Made by a program: the position numbers and the translations under genes
Notes under the pieces: model-generated
Databases searched by the model: none
Seen by the model: the letters and a program-made list of their open reading frames with translations, nothing else
What the model was told of the DNA's origin: nothing
Shown here: piece by piece, positions 51,367 through 61,663 of the stretch
Position numbering within the stretch: position 1 is the first letter of the stretch
Layout: every line of letters begins with the position of its first letter
Source of the DNA: Nitrosopumilus sp.
Lineage (GTDB): Archaea > Thermoproteota > Nitrososphaeria > Nitrososphaerales > Nitrosopumilaceae
Assembly (NCBI GenBank): GCA_965203315.1
Contig: CBDBCE010000004.1
Span: forward strand, 64,001-128,000
Direction: 5' to 3'
Length of the DNA: 64,000 nt

Positions 51367-51774
51367 TATACGTGGAATCTTTTTGATCCCTTGTACTAGC
51401 GATATTCTTCCTGGACCTGCAACCATTATCAATAGAGATGCTGCAAGAAGGATCAGATCTAACTCTACCCCTCTATCTCCAACAATACTGCCTGCTCCCT
51501 TTACATGAAATATTGCTCCTAACATAATTATCGACAACAATGCACCAGAGAATCTACTCAAGACTCCTATGATCAATAATATTCCGGGAACTACTTCTGC
51601 TAACACGATCAACATCTGCATCTCTGGAGGCAGACCCAATCTGGGTAAAAATTCAGCAAACCCTGGATTGAGCTTTTGCATTCCATGCAAAATGAATATC
51701 ACTCCGATCGATGCTCTCACACCCATGAATACTGCATCATTGAAGATCTTTTCTTTTATCTCGGCTGTCGCCAT
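51358..51774 (-). CDS. DoxX family membrane protein
   Basis: R..IG.IF..HG.QK, AE...G, GPGRISL. Confidence 0.9.
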   Translation of the reverse strand: MATAEIKEKIFNDAVFMGVRASIGVIFILHGMQKLNPGFAEFLPRLGLPPEMQMLIVLAEVVPGILLIIGVLSRFSGALLSIIMLGAIFHVKGAGSIVGDRGVELDLILLAASLLIMVAGPGRISLVQGIKKIPRILH

Positions 51775-51944
51775 AAACTGACTTGTACTCGTTGCTATTT
51801 ATCTCTATATCGTATTGCTGGTTGTCTAGTTGTCTGTATACTTGTCTGTGCACTTACCGTCTAGTTGACTAGACCTGTAAAGATATAGATCGTATATTCT
51901 ATGTAAGCCACAAAACAAAAATTCTAGGCATATCTGATACTAAT

Positions 51945-52871
51945 ATGGATCTGCGAGTACACAATCTAAATGCCACATATGAATCGACTAGGGGAGAGAT
52001 ATATGCAGTGGACGACGTTGACTTTGATATCTTTGACGGTCAGTCTATAGGGATTGCTGGTGAGAGTGCATGTGGAAAGAGCACACTTGGTCTATCTATA
52101 ATTCGAGTATTGGACTCGGCGCAAGTTGACGGTCAGATAACTATAGATGACGTTTCTATTCTCGATATGGATGAATCTGAGTTTAATTCAAAGTACCGAT
52201 GGCGACAGATATCTATGATCTTTCAAGGAGCAATGAACTCTCTTGATCCTGTGTTTACTATAAAAGATCAGTTTGTTGAGATCTTGGAAGAGCATGATTT
52301 TGCAGGAAACTATGATCAAGTAGTCTTGGATGCAGTTAGATCAGTCGGTCTTGATGATACTGTGCTGTCACGATATCCACACGAACTTAGTGGCGGAATG
52401 AAACAACGAGTCATCATCGCAATGGCACTATTACTAAAACCAAAGTTTGTGATTGCAGATGAACCTACTACTGCACTAGACGTATTAATTCAAGCTCAGA
52501 TAGTAAATCTACTCAAAGATCTCAAAAAGGAAGGAATGGCATTCATGCTCATAACTCATGATCTTGCAGTTCTCTCTGAGATATCAGATGTGATCGGAAT
52601 CATGTATGGAGGTCAGATGGTCGAATTTGGTAGTTCTTTAGAGATATACAACTCTCCAAAACATCCCTATACTCAAGCCTTACTCAAATCAATTCCAACT
52701 TTGCATGGTGAGCGACCATCCTATATTGGTGGTATGCCCCCGAGCTTGTCTGCTCCGCCAACACAATGCAGATTTCTAGACCGATGTCCACAAGCTGTTG
52801 AAAAGTGTAAACAGAATCCACCTAAATTTAAGACTAAGACTGGTTATGTTCGGTGTTGGCTGTATGAGTAG
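51945..52871 (+). CDS. Oligopeptide/dipeptide ABC transporter ATP-binding subunit
   Basis: GESACGKS, LSGGMKQR, ADEPTT, HPYT, CRF..RC. Confidence 0.94.
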   Translation: MDLRVHNLNATYESTRGEIYAVDDVDFDIFDGQSIGIAGESACGKSTLGLSIIRVLDSAQVDGQITIDDVSILDMDESEFNSKYRWRQISMIFQGAMNSLDPVFTIKDQFVEILEEHDFAGNYDQVVLDAVRSVGLDDTVLSRYPHELSGGMKQRVIIAMALLLKPKFVIADEPTTALDVLIQAQIVNLLKDLKKEGMAFMLITHDLAVLSEISDVIGIMYGGQMVEFGSSLEIYNSPKHPYTQALLKSIPTLHGERPSYIGGMPPSLSAPPTQCRFLDRCPQAVEKCKQNPPKFKTKTGYVRCWLYE

Positions 52872-53250
52872 ATTTTAACAAGCCTTGAACAATAGGCATA
52901 CATGCATCGATTACTCGAAGCACCTCACTTCTAATCACATCTTTGTCTATCGAGACCCAAACCCTGTCTGACCTGATTGCAAACGATATGGTCTGAACCT
53001 TTTTGCGTTCCTCCCAAACAAAGTCAATCGTACCTAGACTCTTGTCAAAGTAACTCTCCATATCTGTTCTGAGCGAGATGTGTGAAAATTGATACTTTGT
53101 ATTCTTGGCATCTAGTAGAGGCACCAAATCCTTTCTTCTTGTGTATTTCACCAGTTCTCCATCTTCGTTGATTACCCCTACAAATCGAATATATGGACTA
53201 ATGGACATAATATCATCACATATCTTTTGAAACTCTTCGTTACTCATCAC
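52834..53250 (-). CDS. Thaumarchaeal roadblock/profilin-like family protein
   Basis: C..I..I.P.IRFVGVIN..G..LG..WEERKK pattern. Confidence 0.7.
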   Translation of the reverse strand: MMSNEEFQKICDDIMSISPYIRFVGVINEDGELVKYTRRKDLVPLLDAKNTKYQFSHISLRTDMESYFDKSLGTIDFVWEERKKVQTISFAIRSDRVWVSIDKDVIRSEVLRVIDACMPIVQGLLKSTHTANTEHNQS

Positions 53251-53553
53251 TAATAGTAAATAGTGATCATATTTTAATTATAGGTATGAGTAATAATGTC
53301 TGGAACATTTACTATTTAATCCGTACATCACATGGATGGTCTAGACGTCAGGTTATCCAAAATGAAGACTTGTACCAGTCATGAAACTATCTCTTGCAAT
53401 CATACCTCGTGTCTATAGATGCCTTTTTGTGTTGTCTGGCGATTCATGGAGTTATTGGTGCGCAATCAGGATATCATGTCCGATCAGAGACGAATCTGAT
53501 ATCACCCCAAACTGATCATTCCTATTAAATAAAGCACTAGTTCAGATCAATCT

Positions 53554-54183
53554 GTGGATCTGGCAGACCTATTTCCATTTGCTCCTGAGATAGGTTATCT
53601 CAGTCTCGGGTTGGTAAACTTTGTTGGTTCATTGGTACCTTTTGTTCCACTACCTGGATTTCTACTCTTGGCCACAATGTCTGTGGGAGACAAATTTGAT
53701 CTACACGTACTAGCACTCGTGTCTGCCGTCACTGCAACGATTGCCAAACAGATAATATTTCTTGTAAGTTATGGTGGCAGTAACATACTCAGCGAGACGA
53801 CTAGAGCAAGGATGCGTCCATTTGAGCGTCTAGTAAAACGTTATGGTGCAGCCGCTGCATTCTCTGCAGCTGCGACTCCAATTCCTGACGATCTAGTTTA
53901 TGTTCCACTTGGACTAGCAAAATATAATCCGAAACGATTCTTTATAGCGACATTTGCCGGCAAACTAGTTCTCAGTTATACTATTGTCTTCGTATCCAAC
54001 TATCTGGGAATATCTCTGGTAGAGCCGTTCATAAAAGATCTTGATAGCGCGACGCCGATATATGTTGGAATTATTGTATTTGGCGCGTCGATGACAGCTG
54101 TTGTGATATTGTTACTGCGACTTGACTGGGCGCGAATTCTAGGCAGATTTGCTCCTTGGACTCTAGATGAACGTGACGACTAG
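53554..54183 (+). CDS. DedA/VTT domain membrane protein
   Basis: PFVPLP, ATPIPDD..PLG, F..GK. Confidence 0.85.
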   Translation: MDLADLFPFAPEIGYLSLGLVNFVGSLVPFVPLPGFLLLATMSVGDKFDLHVLALVSAVTATIAKQIIFLVSYGGSNILSETTRARMRPFERLVKRYGAAAAFSAAATPIPDDLVYVPLGLAKYNPKRFFIATFAGKLVLSYTIVFVSNYLGISLVEPFIKDLDSATPIYVGIIVFGASMTAVVILLLRLDWARILGRFAPWTLDERDD

Positions 54184-54728
54184 TTTATGGTAAAGTTCCA
54201 CCTCTTTGGTACCGACTCTTTAACTCCAATTCGATGCGATGCGGTTATCTCGCCCTTGATGCGACCATGTGTGATGTATAATGTCGGATCTGATGTGAGA
54301 TCAACTCCATACTGTAGTTTGGTAATGGATAGAGCCTTTGCAAGTTTTGCAGGGCCGTTTGTAAGATTTGTTTGATCTTCAAATCCTCGATTCTTCATCA
54401 TCATATCTACTCCAGATTCTGGTTTGATCGAGCGAATCAAGACTGCTCCAGCTATGGAGTCTCTATCTCTTGCAACAACATTGAAACAAAAATGCATTCC
54501 ATATGTAAAATAGACATACGCGGTTCCTACCGTTCCAAACATCGCCTTATTCCTCTCTGTCATGCCACGAAAAGCGTGACTTACAGAATCATTGACATGT
54601 CCATATGCCTCAGTCTCTGTTATTATTCCTGATAGCGTCTTGTCTTTTATCACTCTGACTAGTCGTTTTCCTAGTAGGCTCTTTGCTACCGTTACAGTAT
54701 CTCTGTGATAAAATCTCCTAGAGATCAA
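54180..54728 (-). CDS. mpg: 3-methyladenine DNA glycosylase (AAG/MPG family)
   Basis: LLGK, ETEAY, YVYFTYGMH, AVLIR, NGPAKL. Confidence 0.94.
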   Translation of the reverse strand: MISRRFYHRDTVTVAKSLLGKRLVRVIKDKTLSGIITETEAYGHVNDSVSHAFRGMTERNKAMFGTVGTAYVYFTYGMHFCFNVVARDRDSIAGAVLIRSIKPESGVDMMMKNRGFEDQTNLTNGPAKLAKALSITKLQYGVDLTSDPTLYITHGRIKGEITASHRIGVKESVPKRWNFTIN

Positions 54729-55299
54729 TATCTGGTTTGATCTTGTTGCCTTTTTTTAACCGTGCTACTATGTTGACCAACTTTGTGATATCGCTGTTGA
54801 GTACATCAATTAGAGATTGATTGTATATTGTAGCTGCAGGATGGATGGTCAGAAAGTATAACTGTTCTCTACTCTTTACTATCTTGCCACGATACTTTGT
54901 AATCTCAGATCCGCCCAAGATCGAACCAAACGCTGTATTCCCTAGAATGCATATTATCTTTGGTTCAACTATTGCGATCTCGTCATTCAAGTATGCTGAG
55001 CACATATCTCGTTCTGTTGTGTTTGGGACTCTATTGTTTGGCGGTCTACACTTTACGACATTTGTGATGTATATAGAGTCGCGTTGTATTCCAGCATTGG
55101 CTAGTGCTTCATCTAGTCTCTTTCCTGCCGCACCAACAAACGGGACACCTTGTGCATCTTCGTTCCGCCCTGGCGCTTCTCCAACAAACATGATATCTGA
55201 CTTGGAGCCCTGACCGGGAACCGCACAAGTTCGAGTCTTGTATAGATCGCACTTTGTACATATCGTGACTGACTGTTTTATCTCTAATAGATTTGTCAT
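54718..55299 (-). CDS. udg: Family 4 uracil-DNA glycosylase
   Basis: CTKC, GEAPG..ED, PFVG.AG, NVVKCRPP.NR, HPAA. Confidence 0.95.
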   Translation of the reverse strand: MTNLLEIKQSVTICTKCDLYKTRTCAVPGQGSKSDIMFVGEAPGRNEDAQGVPFVGAAGKRLDEALANAGIQRDSIYITNVVKCRPPNNRVPNTTERDMCSAYLNDEIAIVEPKIICILGNTAFGSILGGSEITKYRGKIVKSREQLYFLTIHPAATIYNQSLIDVLNSDITKLVNIVARLKKGNKIKPDIDL

Positions 55300-55492
55300 G
55301 TATGTTGTTGTTACCTGCCTTATAATTGCGTAACATTGGTATTCAAATATCAACATGACCGTGAATTCGATCAAGTTACTAGACAACTAGATATCTAGTG
55401 AGATGATAGCCACACTAGCTCAAACAAAACAGACTCTCTACACTAAAAATTCTCACAACGATTCTATTATGTATTCATAGATAGTGAGAGTT

Positions 55493-55627
55493 ATGAAGAG
55501 TACAAGAAATGACGAGTTTTACAGCAACTGCACAAAATACTTTGAGCATCTGCGAGGCAAGGGTGATACAGACTTTGGGTTTGAAGATGAATACTATTTT
55601 ACTCTGCCTGCAATATCGCGTAGTTGA
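55493..55627 (+). CDS. 44-aa aromatic/acidic micro-protein
   Basis: MKSTRNDEFYSNCTKYFEHLRGKGDTDFGFEDEYYFTLPAISRS; TATA-like CTATTATG about 26 nt upstream. Confidence 0.6.
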   Translation: MKSTRNDEFYSNCTKYFEHLRGKGDTDFGFEDEYYFTLPAISRS

Positions 55628-55783
55628 TGTATTCGCCTCTAAATGACATGATCTGTATTCATCAGTACACTATGTTGAGTTGATATCTATGCTGGGCGTA
55701 GTTTTTGATGATAACTTATGTGCCTGCGTGGCGCATCTTTTTTCTCTCTTTGGAAAGCTAATTAGGATAGATACTATGAATCT

Positions 55784-57583
55784 ATGATTGAGTTGACCAT
55801 AGTTGTTGATACGAGCATTATAATTAACGGTGAGATCATACCCTATATCTCTGACACTCTCTCAGGATCTCAACTGATCATACCTCAGGTTGTCATTGAT
55901 GAACTCCAATCCCAAGCTATCTCTAAAAAGGCACAGGGATTTGTAGGACTAGAGAATCTAAAACATATCCATACTCTGGCAACTAAATGTGGTATTGATA
56001 TAGTGATATCTGGGAACCATCCATCATCTGAAGAGATCAGACTTGCAGATATGGGTAGGCTCGATGGGATTATAGTCGATCTAGCAAAAAAAGAGAATGC
56101 AACACTTTACACATCTGATACTGTTCAAAGTCTTGTCGCTCAAGCACAGGGTGTTAAAACGATCTTTGTTGCTCCAAAACCTCAAGGTGATCTGGAATTC
56201 GTAAAGTTCTTTGATTCAAATACGATGAGCGTTCATCTCAAGCAAGGTCAACGACCTCTAGCAAAGCGCGGTAGACCAGGTAGTTCATCCCTTGATATCA
56301 TCCAAGATGAACCTCACTCCAAAGAGTATTTGGAGATGATCGTATCGCAGATACTCGATGTGGCACACTCTGACAGTAACACGATCGAGATATCTAAACT
56401 TGGAGCATCAGTCGTTCAACATGATAACTATCGAATTGCAATAACCAGACCGCCTCTATCAGAATCTTTAGAGATAACAATAGTTCATCCTACTGTTCAG
56501 CTCTCACTAGATGACTATTCTCTTAGTGAAAAGATGCTTGAACGTCTAACTGATCGTGCTGAAGGAGTAGTGATCTCTGGAGCTCCAGGTTCTGGCAAGA
56601 GTACACTTGCGTCAGGGATTGCCAACTTTTATCATCGGCAAGGCAAGATCGTGAAAACATTCGAATCACCTAGAGATCTTCAGGTAGATTCTGGGATTAC
56701 GCAATATGGTAAACTCGATGGCAGCTTTGACAATACTGCTGACATGTTACTTCTTGTTAGACCAGATTATACAATATTTGATGAGGTACGTAGGAGAGAA
56801 GATTTTAGAACGTTTGCTGATCTACGTCTAACTGGAGTTGGGATGGTCGGCGTGGTTCATGCAAACTCGCCTCTTGATGCAATACAACGATTCATTGGAA
56901 AGATAGAACTCGGTATGATCCCTAGCATCTTGGACACTGTCATCTTTGTCAAGAATGGTATGATCGACAAGGTATACGAGTTGGCTCTAAAGGTAAAGGT
57001 TCCATCAGGAATGACCGAATCTGATCTAGCTCGTCCTGTAATTGAGATTCAAGACTTTGAGAGTGGTAAACTAGAGTACGAGATCTATACGTTTGGTGAA
57101 GAGAATGTGATCGTTCCTGTATACGATGAAGAACGTTTTGGGATTGAAGGAATTACCGAAGAGAAGATTCGTGAGGTCTTTGCTAGATATGATCCACACG
57201 TCAAAGTTCACATCAGATCCAAGAATCGTGCTCAAGTTGTAGTAGATGAACAATACATTCCAAGTATAATTGGCAGAGGTGGATCGAACATAACCGATCT
57301 CGAGAAACAACTTCATATTCGCATAGACGTCGTTTCAAGACAAGACTCGCCCACACACGACACTGATATTCCTTTTCAACTCACCGAGTCCAAGACTATG
57401 TTGATGTTGACTGTTTCAAGACAATACTCGTCAATGCGTGCACTACTATACCTTGATGATACGTTGTTGACATCTGTCAAGATTGGACGACGTGGAAGGA
57501 TAAAGATCCCAAAGCGTTCAGAGACCGCACGCAAGATTACCTATATGCCTGATAGTCTCAAAGTTCTTCTCAGAGACTCTTAA
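55784..57583 (+). CDS. pinA: PINA ATPase (PIN + P-loop ATPase + KH)
   Basis: VDTS PIN start, GAPGSGKS, ESPRDL, DEVR, IIGRGG KH loop. Confidence 0.92.
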   Translation: MIELTIVVDTSIIINGEIIPYISDTLSGSQLIIPQVVIDELQSQAISKKAQGFVGLENLKHIHTLATKCGIDIVISGNHPSSEEIRLADMGRLDGIIVDLAKKENATLYTSDTVQSLVAQAQGVKTIFVAPKPQGDLEFVKFFDSNTMSVHLKQGQRPLAKRGRPGSSSLDIIQDEPHSKEYLEMIVSQILDVAHSDSNTIEISKLGASVVQHDNYRIAITRPPLSESLEITIVHPTVQLSLDDYSLSEKMLERLTDRAEGVVISGAPGSGKSTLASGIANFYHRQGKIVKTFESPRDLQVDSGITQYGKLDGSFDNTADMLLLVRPDYTIFDEVRRREDFRTFADLRLTGVGMVGVVHANSPLDAIQRFIGKIELGMIPSILDTVIFVKNGMIDKVYELALKVKVPSGMTESDLARPVIEIQDFESGKLEYEIYTFGEENVIVPVYDEERFGIEGITEEKIREVFARYDPHVKVHIRSKNRAQVVVDEQYIPSIIGRGGSNITDLEKQLHIRIDVVSRQDSPTHDTDIPFQLTESKTMLMLTVSRQYSSMRALLYLDDTLLTSVKIGRRGRIKIPKRSETARKITYMPDSLKVLLRDS

Positions 57584-58028
57584 ATTTTGATATGATATCT
57601 GGATTTGCTTTGAGAAATGCGATGAACTTTCGTAGTTGTTTTATGGTCTTTGGGTTGAGGTGGTGTTCGATCCCCTCAATATCTTCATTTGCGGTATTGA
57701 ACTCGATCCCAAGTATATCAAAGAATTCTAATAATATTCCATGCCTCTGTCTTATTCCTTCTGCCACTTGAATCCCCTTTTGTGTGAGATTTATGCCATG
57801 ATACTTTTCATACTCTAAAAATCCTCCATCATCTAGCTTTTGTAACATCTTTGTGACGCTAGGAGCACTCACATTCATGTACTTTGAGATATCTAATGTG
57901 GTCGCATATCCTTTCAGATCAACCAACTCTGATATTATCTCCAAATAGTCTTCTACTCGTGAGCTGGATCTTGTCTTTTCTGAACGATGGGCAGCCTTTA
58001 TCGAATCAAGCCTCTTTGAGCTCTTCAT
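57570..58028 (-). CDS. DtxR/MntR family metal-dependent repressor
   Basis: EDYLE, VSAPSVTKM, LT..G...RH..LE.F, EGIEH. Confidence 0.92.
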   Translation of the reverse strand: MKSSKRLDSIKAAHRSEKTRSSSRVEDYLEIISELVDLKGYATTLDISKYMNVSAPSVTKMLQKLDDGGFLEYEKYHGINLTQKGIQVAEGIRQRHGILLEFFDILGIEFNTANEDIEGIEHHLNPKTIKQLRKFIAFLKANPDIISKFKSL

Positions 58029-58209
58029 ATGACTATATGGGTCGATTCTAGTATAATTGACTGTTGGTATGACGTTGGGCGATGTTCTCAGGCACGAGTG
58101 TCTACTGATCCCCTTCATGACACCGCCTAGTTTTAGATTAGGTTACTCTTTATTGACTACAAAGTTATAGTTGTTGATCCTTGTGCCTTAATTATATGGT
58201 ATTTGATGT

Positions 58210-58569
58210 ATGTCTGTTATGGAGGACCCGTTAAAGGAGCGTCTGACGAAACTACGTCAATTCTCAGACTCTGTGAATAGACGAGCCGAACTGTATAATG
58301 ACATCGCAAAGTTTGACGACAAGAGTACGGCTAGTTCGCTTGGGGCATTACGAAAGGCACCTGCGCCTGGTAAAAAGCTCCAAAAGATCGGATTCTTGAT
58401 GCTCTGGATTCCTGAACCGACTGGAGTGACCTGCGCGGTTGGTGGACCATTAATAGTGGCTGGGCGTTATCTGGACAAAAAGTACAATGGCGCCACAATC
58501 AATGATATCGGTCACGAGACCAAGAATACGATATCTACGATTAGCGACTTTAAACAGTCTATATCATAG
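58210..58569 (+). CDS. Hypothetical protein
   Basis: 119 aa with a hydrophobic hairpin (IPEPTGVT..VGGPLI). Confidence 0.7.
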   Translation: MSVMEDPLKERLTKLRQFSDSVNRRAELYNDIAKFDDKSTASSLGALRKAPAPGKKLQKIGFLMLWIPEPTGVTCAVGGPLIVAGRYLDKKYNGATINDIGHETKNTISTISDFKQSIS

Positions 58570-58887
58570 AGCACATCCATGTACTGGTGACAAAAGTGAG
58601 ATATCCAAGACTTCTATTAACTTGTCAGAGTTTGTAACATTGTTCCTAAATTCTCGGAGGACTCTCTCCGAGTCAATGTAAGCATGTTCTCGTATACACT
58701 ATTTGATCGTTTGATTCACAAACGCATGTTTTGTGGATTTGTTGCTATGAGGGATGGGCTTCAAATCACAAGTTGAGGGACTGAAACTGGACAGAACTTG
58801 AGGACTCGCTGATGTCTAAGACAAGAGACACCCATAAACTATCGAGACACAAACGAACTTGACTGTTTACTGTTCTGTTTTGGTAAT

Positions 58888-58915
58888 TGTTATAAGGGGG
58901 GGGGGGAGTTCTTTT
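58888..58915 (+). promoter_or_regulatory. TATA box followed by a G11 homopolymer (58896-58906)
   Basis: GTTATAA-G11-AGTTCTTTT-GTG start. Confidence 0.75.
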
Positions 58916-59776
58916 GTGAAATTTCTCATTGGTATCCTTGTTACAGTATCTCTTATTGGAGTTATAGGTCTAGTCGATAACGCTGAAGCAGAATCATATC
59001 AAGAAGTAGATTTAGGATTGATATTGTCTACTTGTAATACAAAACCAATAGAACTAACTTCAAAGTTCATTCACTTAACAAATCATACTGACATATACAT
59101 TAGTAATCTAAATTCTCATAGTTTTCTTAGAAATCACTATGAAGGAAAGGAAACTGAAGGACTAAAAAACATACAAACGGAAAGACCAAATCAACATTGG
59201 CGTGATAGTGAAAGGATAATAATAATAATTTCTGAAGAAGCTGTTTATTGGGATATTGGATATTATCATAATGATAGTAATTACAGACATTCGTATTGTG
59301 AAAGAACTTATTATGACAAATTTGGAAATTTAGGGAATCAAACTAAAGAACATTATGAATATTATGGAGATTATGAAATAAGCGGATTACTAAAACCTAT
59401 AACATGGAACTTATCAGATGAACCTCAAATACAAAAACGGAACAAAATTAATGATGAGTATATCATAAACCTGATAGCAAAAACTTTCAACTTGACACCA
59501 GATAACCAACCAGATAGAACAGAAACAGTATCTAATGAACAGATCCAGAAACTCAAAGACAAGAACAAGGAACTCAAGAACAAACACCAAGCTTGTAATA
59601 ATGATAAAGATAGAGTAGTATCTGAACTATCTGAACTGCAGTCTAGATTTACTATACTGGAAACAAACTCTAATCAAACTCAATCTCAACTGAATGAAGC
59701 CTTATTCACAATAGAGAAACTTACAACTCAACTGAATGAAGCCAAGAAAAAGATAGAGGAGTTAGAATCGCCATGA
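58916..59776 (+). CDS. Secreted protein with C-terminal coiled coil
   Basis: GTG start gives signal peptide MKFLIGILVTVSLIGVIGLVDNAEA; heptad tail. Confidence 0.8.
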   Translation: MKFLIGILVTVSLIGVIGLVDNAEAESYQEVDLGLILSTCNTKPIELTSKFIHLTNHTDIYISNLNSHSFLRNHYEGKETEGLKNIQTERPNQHWRDSERIIIIISEEAVYWDIGYYHNDSNYRHSYCERTYYDKFGNLGNQTKEHYEYYGDYEISGLLKPITWNLSDEPQIQKRNKINDEYIINLIAKTFNLTPDNQPDRTETVSNEQIQKLKDKNKELKNKHQACNNDKDRVVSELSELQSRFTILETNSNQTQSQLNEALFTIEKLTTQLNEAKKKIEELESP

Positions 59777-60837
59777 AGGTTCTAATTTTGAGTCTTACTA
59801 CAGTATTTACTATCATGCTATTTGGCATATCTGATGTATATGCAGATCATTCACTTAACTATCAATCACATGGAACATTAGATGTTAGAATTAACAACTG
59901 TACTAGTTTTACCGTATTCGGAAATACAGATGAACCAAACCACCCTTTCCGTTTTGGATATGAGTTTTATGAATATCTTGGTAAAGATGACAACAACCAG
60001 CCTCATTTTATTAGCTATGAAGAACTTTCTAACTGGTCACATTCATTTTTTCCTAACAAAGATGGAAGTTTTGAGTTTACAGTATCAGTACCCATGACAA
60101 AGACTGTAAAGAATTATGGTTTCAATGAACGTACAGGTAATTGGGTTTCTACAAATACATATGACATTACACTATCAAAACTTTATCAAGGACATGTAGA
60201 CTTATACTTTAGTCAAAGTCATTACAAACCACATAGATCAGATTTTGTAGTTGATAATACTATATTTGATGTTATTGGTAATAGTACAAAAATAAATGTT
60301 AGAAACAACACAGATACAAATCAATTATGTTTCTATAAGATTACTTGCCCTTACAAATACTGTAATTATCCAGATGATTATACAGAAGTTGAAAACACAC
60401 CATCTATACAAGAACCAACTGCACCAAAGACCAAACTGCAGATAGCTAACGAGAATATCACAAATCTTGAAACCCAGATAGATAAATTTGAAACCAAGAA
60501 AGATAAACTCAAAGGCTTAAAGGACAACTGGAAAGAGAAATTTAAGCAATGCAAAGATGATAGAAAGGATCTAAGAACTGAAGTTGAATCATACAAGTCT
60601 AAATTCAACACAATAGAATCTCTATACAACACAACAGAAACGCAACGATCAGAACTTGAGAGACTATACACAGATTTAGATTTAGAACATGATAGAGTAA
60701 AACAAGAACTAGATGAAGCTAAAAATACCATATCTGGTCTATACTCACAATACTATGATTTACAATCCATACACAACTCAACCTTGAATGAACTGAATGA
60801 ACTTAGGGATCGAATGCAAGAGTTAGATTCTCAATAA
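59773..60837 (+). CDS. Secreted protein with long C-terminal coiled coil
   Basis: Signal peptide MKVLILSLTTVFTIMLFGISDVYA; ATGA overlap with the upstream gene. Confidence 0.85.
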   Translation: MKVLILSLTTVFTIMLFGISDVYADHSLNYQSHGTLDVRINNCTSFTVFGNTDEPNHPFRFGYEFYEYLGKDDNNQPHFISYEELSNWSHSFFPNKDGSFEFTVSVPMTKTVKNYGFNERTGNWVSTNTYDITLSKLYQGHVDLYFSQSHYKPHRSDFVVDNTIFDVIGNSTKINVRNNTDTNQLCFYKITCPYKYCNYPDDYTEVENTPSIQEPTAPKTKLQIANENITNLETQIDKFETKKDKLKGLKDNWKEKFKQCKDDRKDLRTEVESYKSKFNTIESLYNTTETQRSELERLYTDLDLEHDRVKQELDEAKNTISGLYSQYYDLQSIHNSTLNELNELRDRMQELDSQ

Positions 60838-60870
60838 CTACAATTGTGATCATAAATTATTGGTGGGGAT

Positions 60871-60945
60871 TGACAGTTTTGCACAAGACTCAAAGTTATG
60901 CAATATATAAAATGGTCGTGTATCAATTATTATGAATTACTGTTG
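60871..60945. repeat. Short IR-bounded dispersed repeat (family C), copy 2
   Basis: TGACAGTTTTGCACAA..CTCAAA..AAAATGGTCGTGTAT..ACTGTTG. Confidence 0.5.
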
Positions 60946-61074
60946 AATTGCATGATGTATGTTGCTTGAGATAGAATCATCACGATCCCAATCTCTTGCC
61001 AAGTTCAGACCCTAAGGTACACTAGACTAGTATTCCATCATGATTTTTTAAACAGAACTCTCTCTATTGTAATA

Positions 61075-61566
61075 TTGGCTACTAGATCTCAAACATTGAT
61101 TCCGATAATCATTGCTGCCGTGATAATTGGTATAGTTGGCTTGTACTCTATTCCGAGTGATACCAAACTAGAGTCTGTAGAATTTCCGCGAGGGACGATC
61201 CAAGTTGATGACATAACTTTGGAGGTTCAGATAGCAGACACCGAACCACGTCGAGTCCGTGGATTGATGTTTCAAGATGAACTGCCTCTAGATCAAGGAA
61301 TGATCTTTGTCTTTGACGAACCCAGTAAATATTCGCTATGGATGTTAAACATGCAATTTCCATTAGATATGATCTGGTTTGATGAGGCTGGAAGAGTGGT
61401 CCATATTGAGCAAGATATTCCTCCATGTATTACGGTAGTAGAGATAGCATCATGTACGAGTCTTGCACCAAACTCTGATGCAAAATATATTCTAGAAGTC
61501 ACAGCCGGTTTTGTCAAAACAAACAACATAACCCATGATTCTGTATTGGAGATTATATCGATCTAG
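61075..61566 (+). CDS. DUF192 family protein
   Basis: IADT..R..GLMF, GMIFVF, WM.NM.FPLD, YILEV.AG. Confidence 0.92.
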   Translation: MATRSQTLIPIIIAAVIIGIVGLYSIPSDTKLESVEFPRGTIQVDDITLEVQIADTEPRRVRGLMFQDELPLDQGMIFVFDEPSKYSLWMLNMQFPLDMIWFDEAGRVVHIEQDIPPCITVVEIASCTSLAPNSDAKYILEVTAGFVKTNNITHDSVLEIISI

Positions 61567-61663
61567 TGTGCGTCTACACAAACGACAGTAATTACATCTC
61601 TCTTGTGTCGATCTGCTAGAACTTTATACTCTGCTATATATTGGATAATATGAGTAGCGATCT

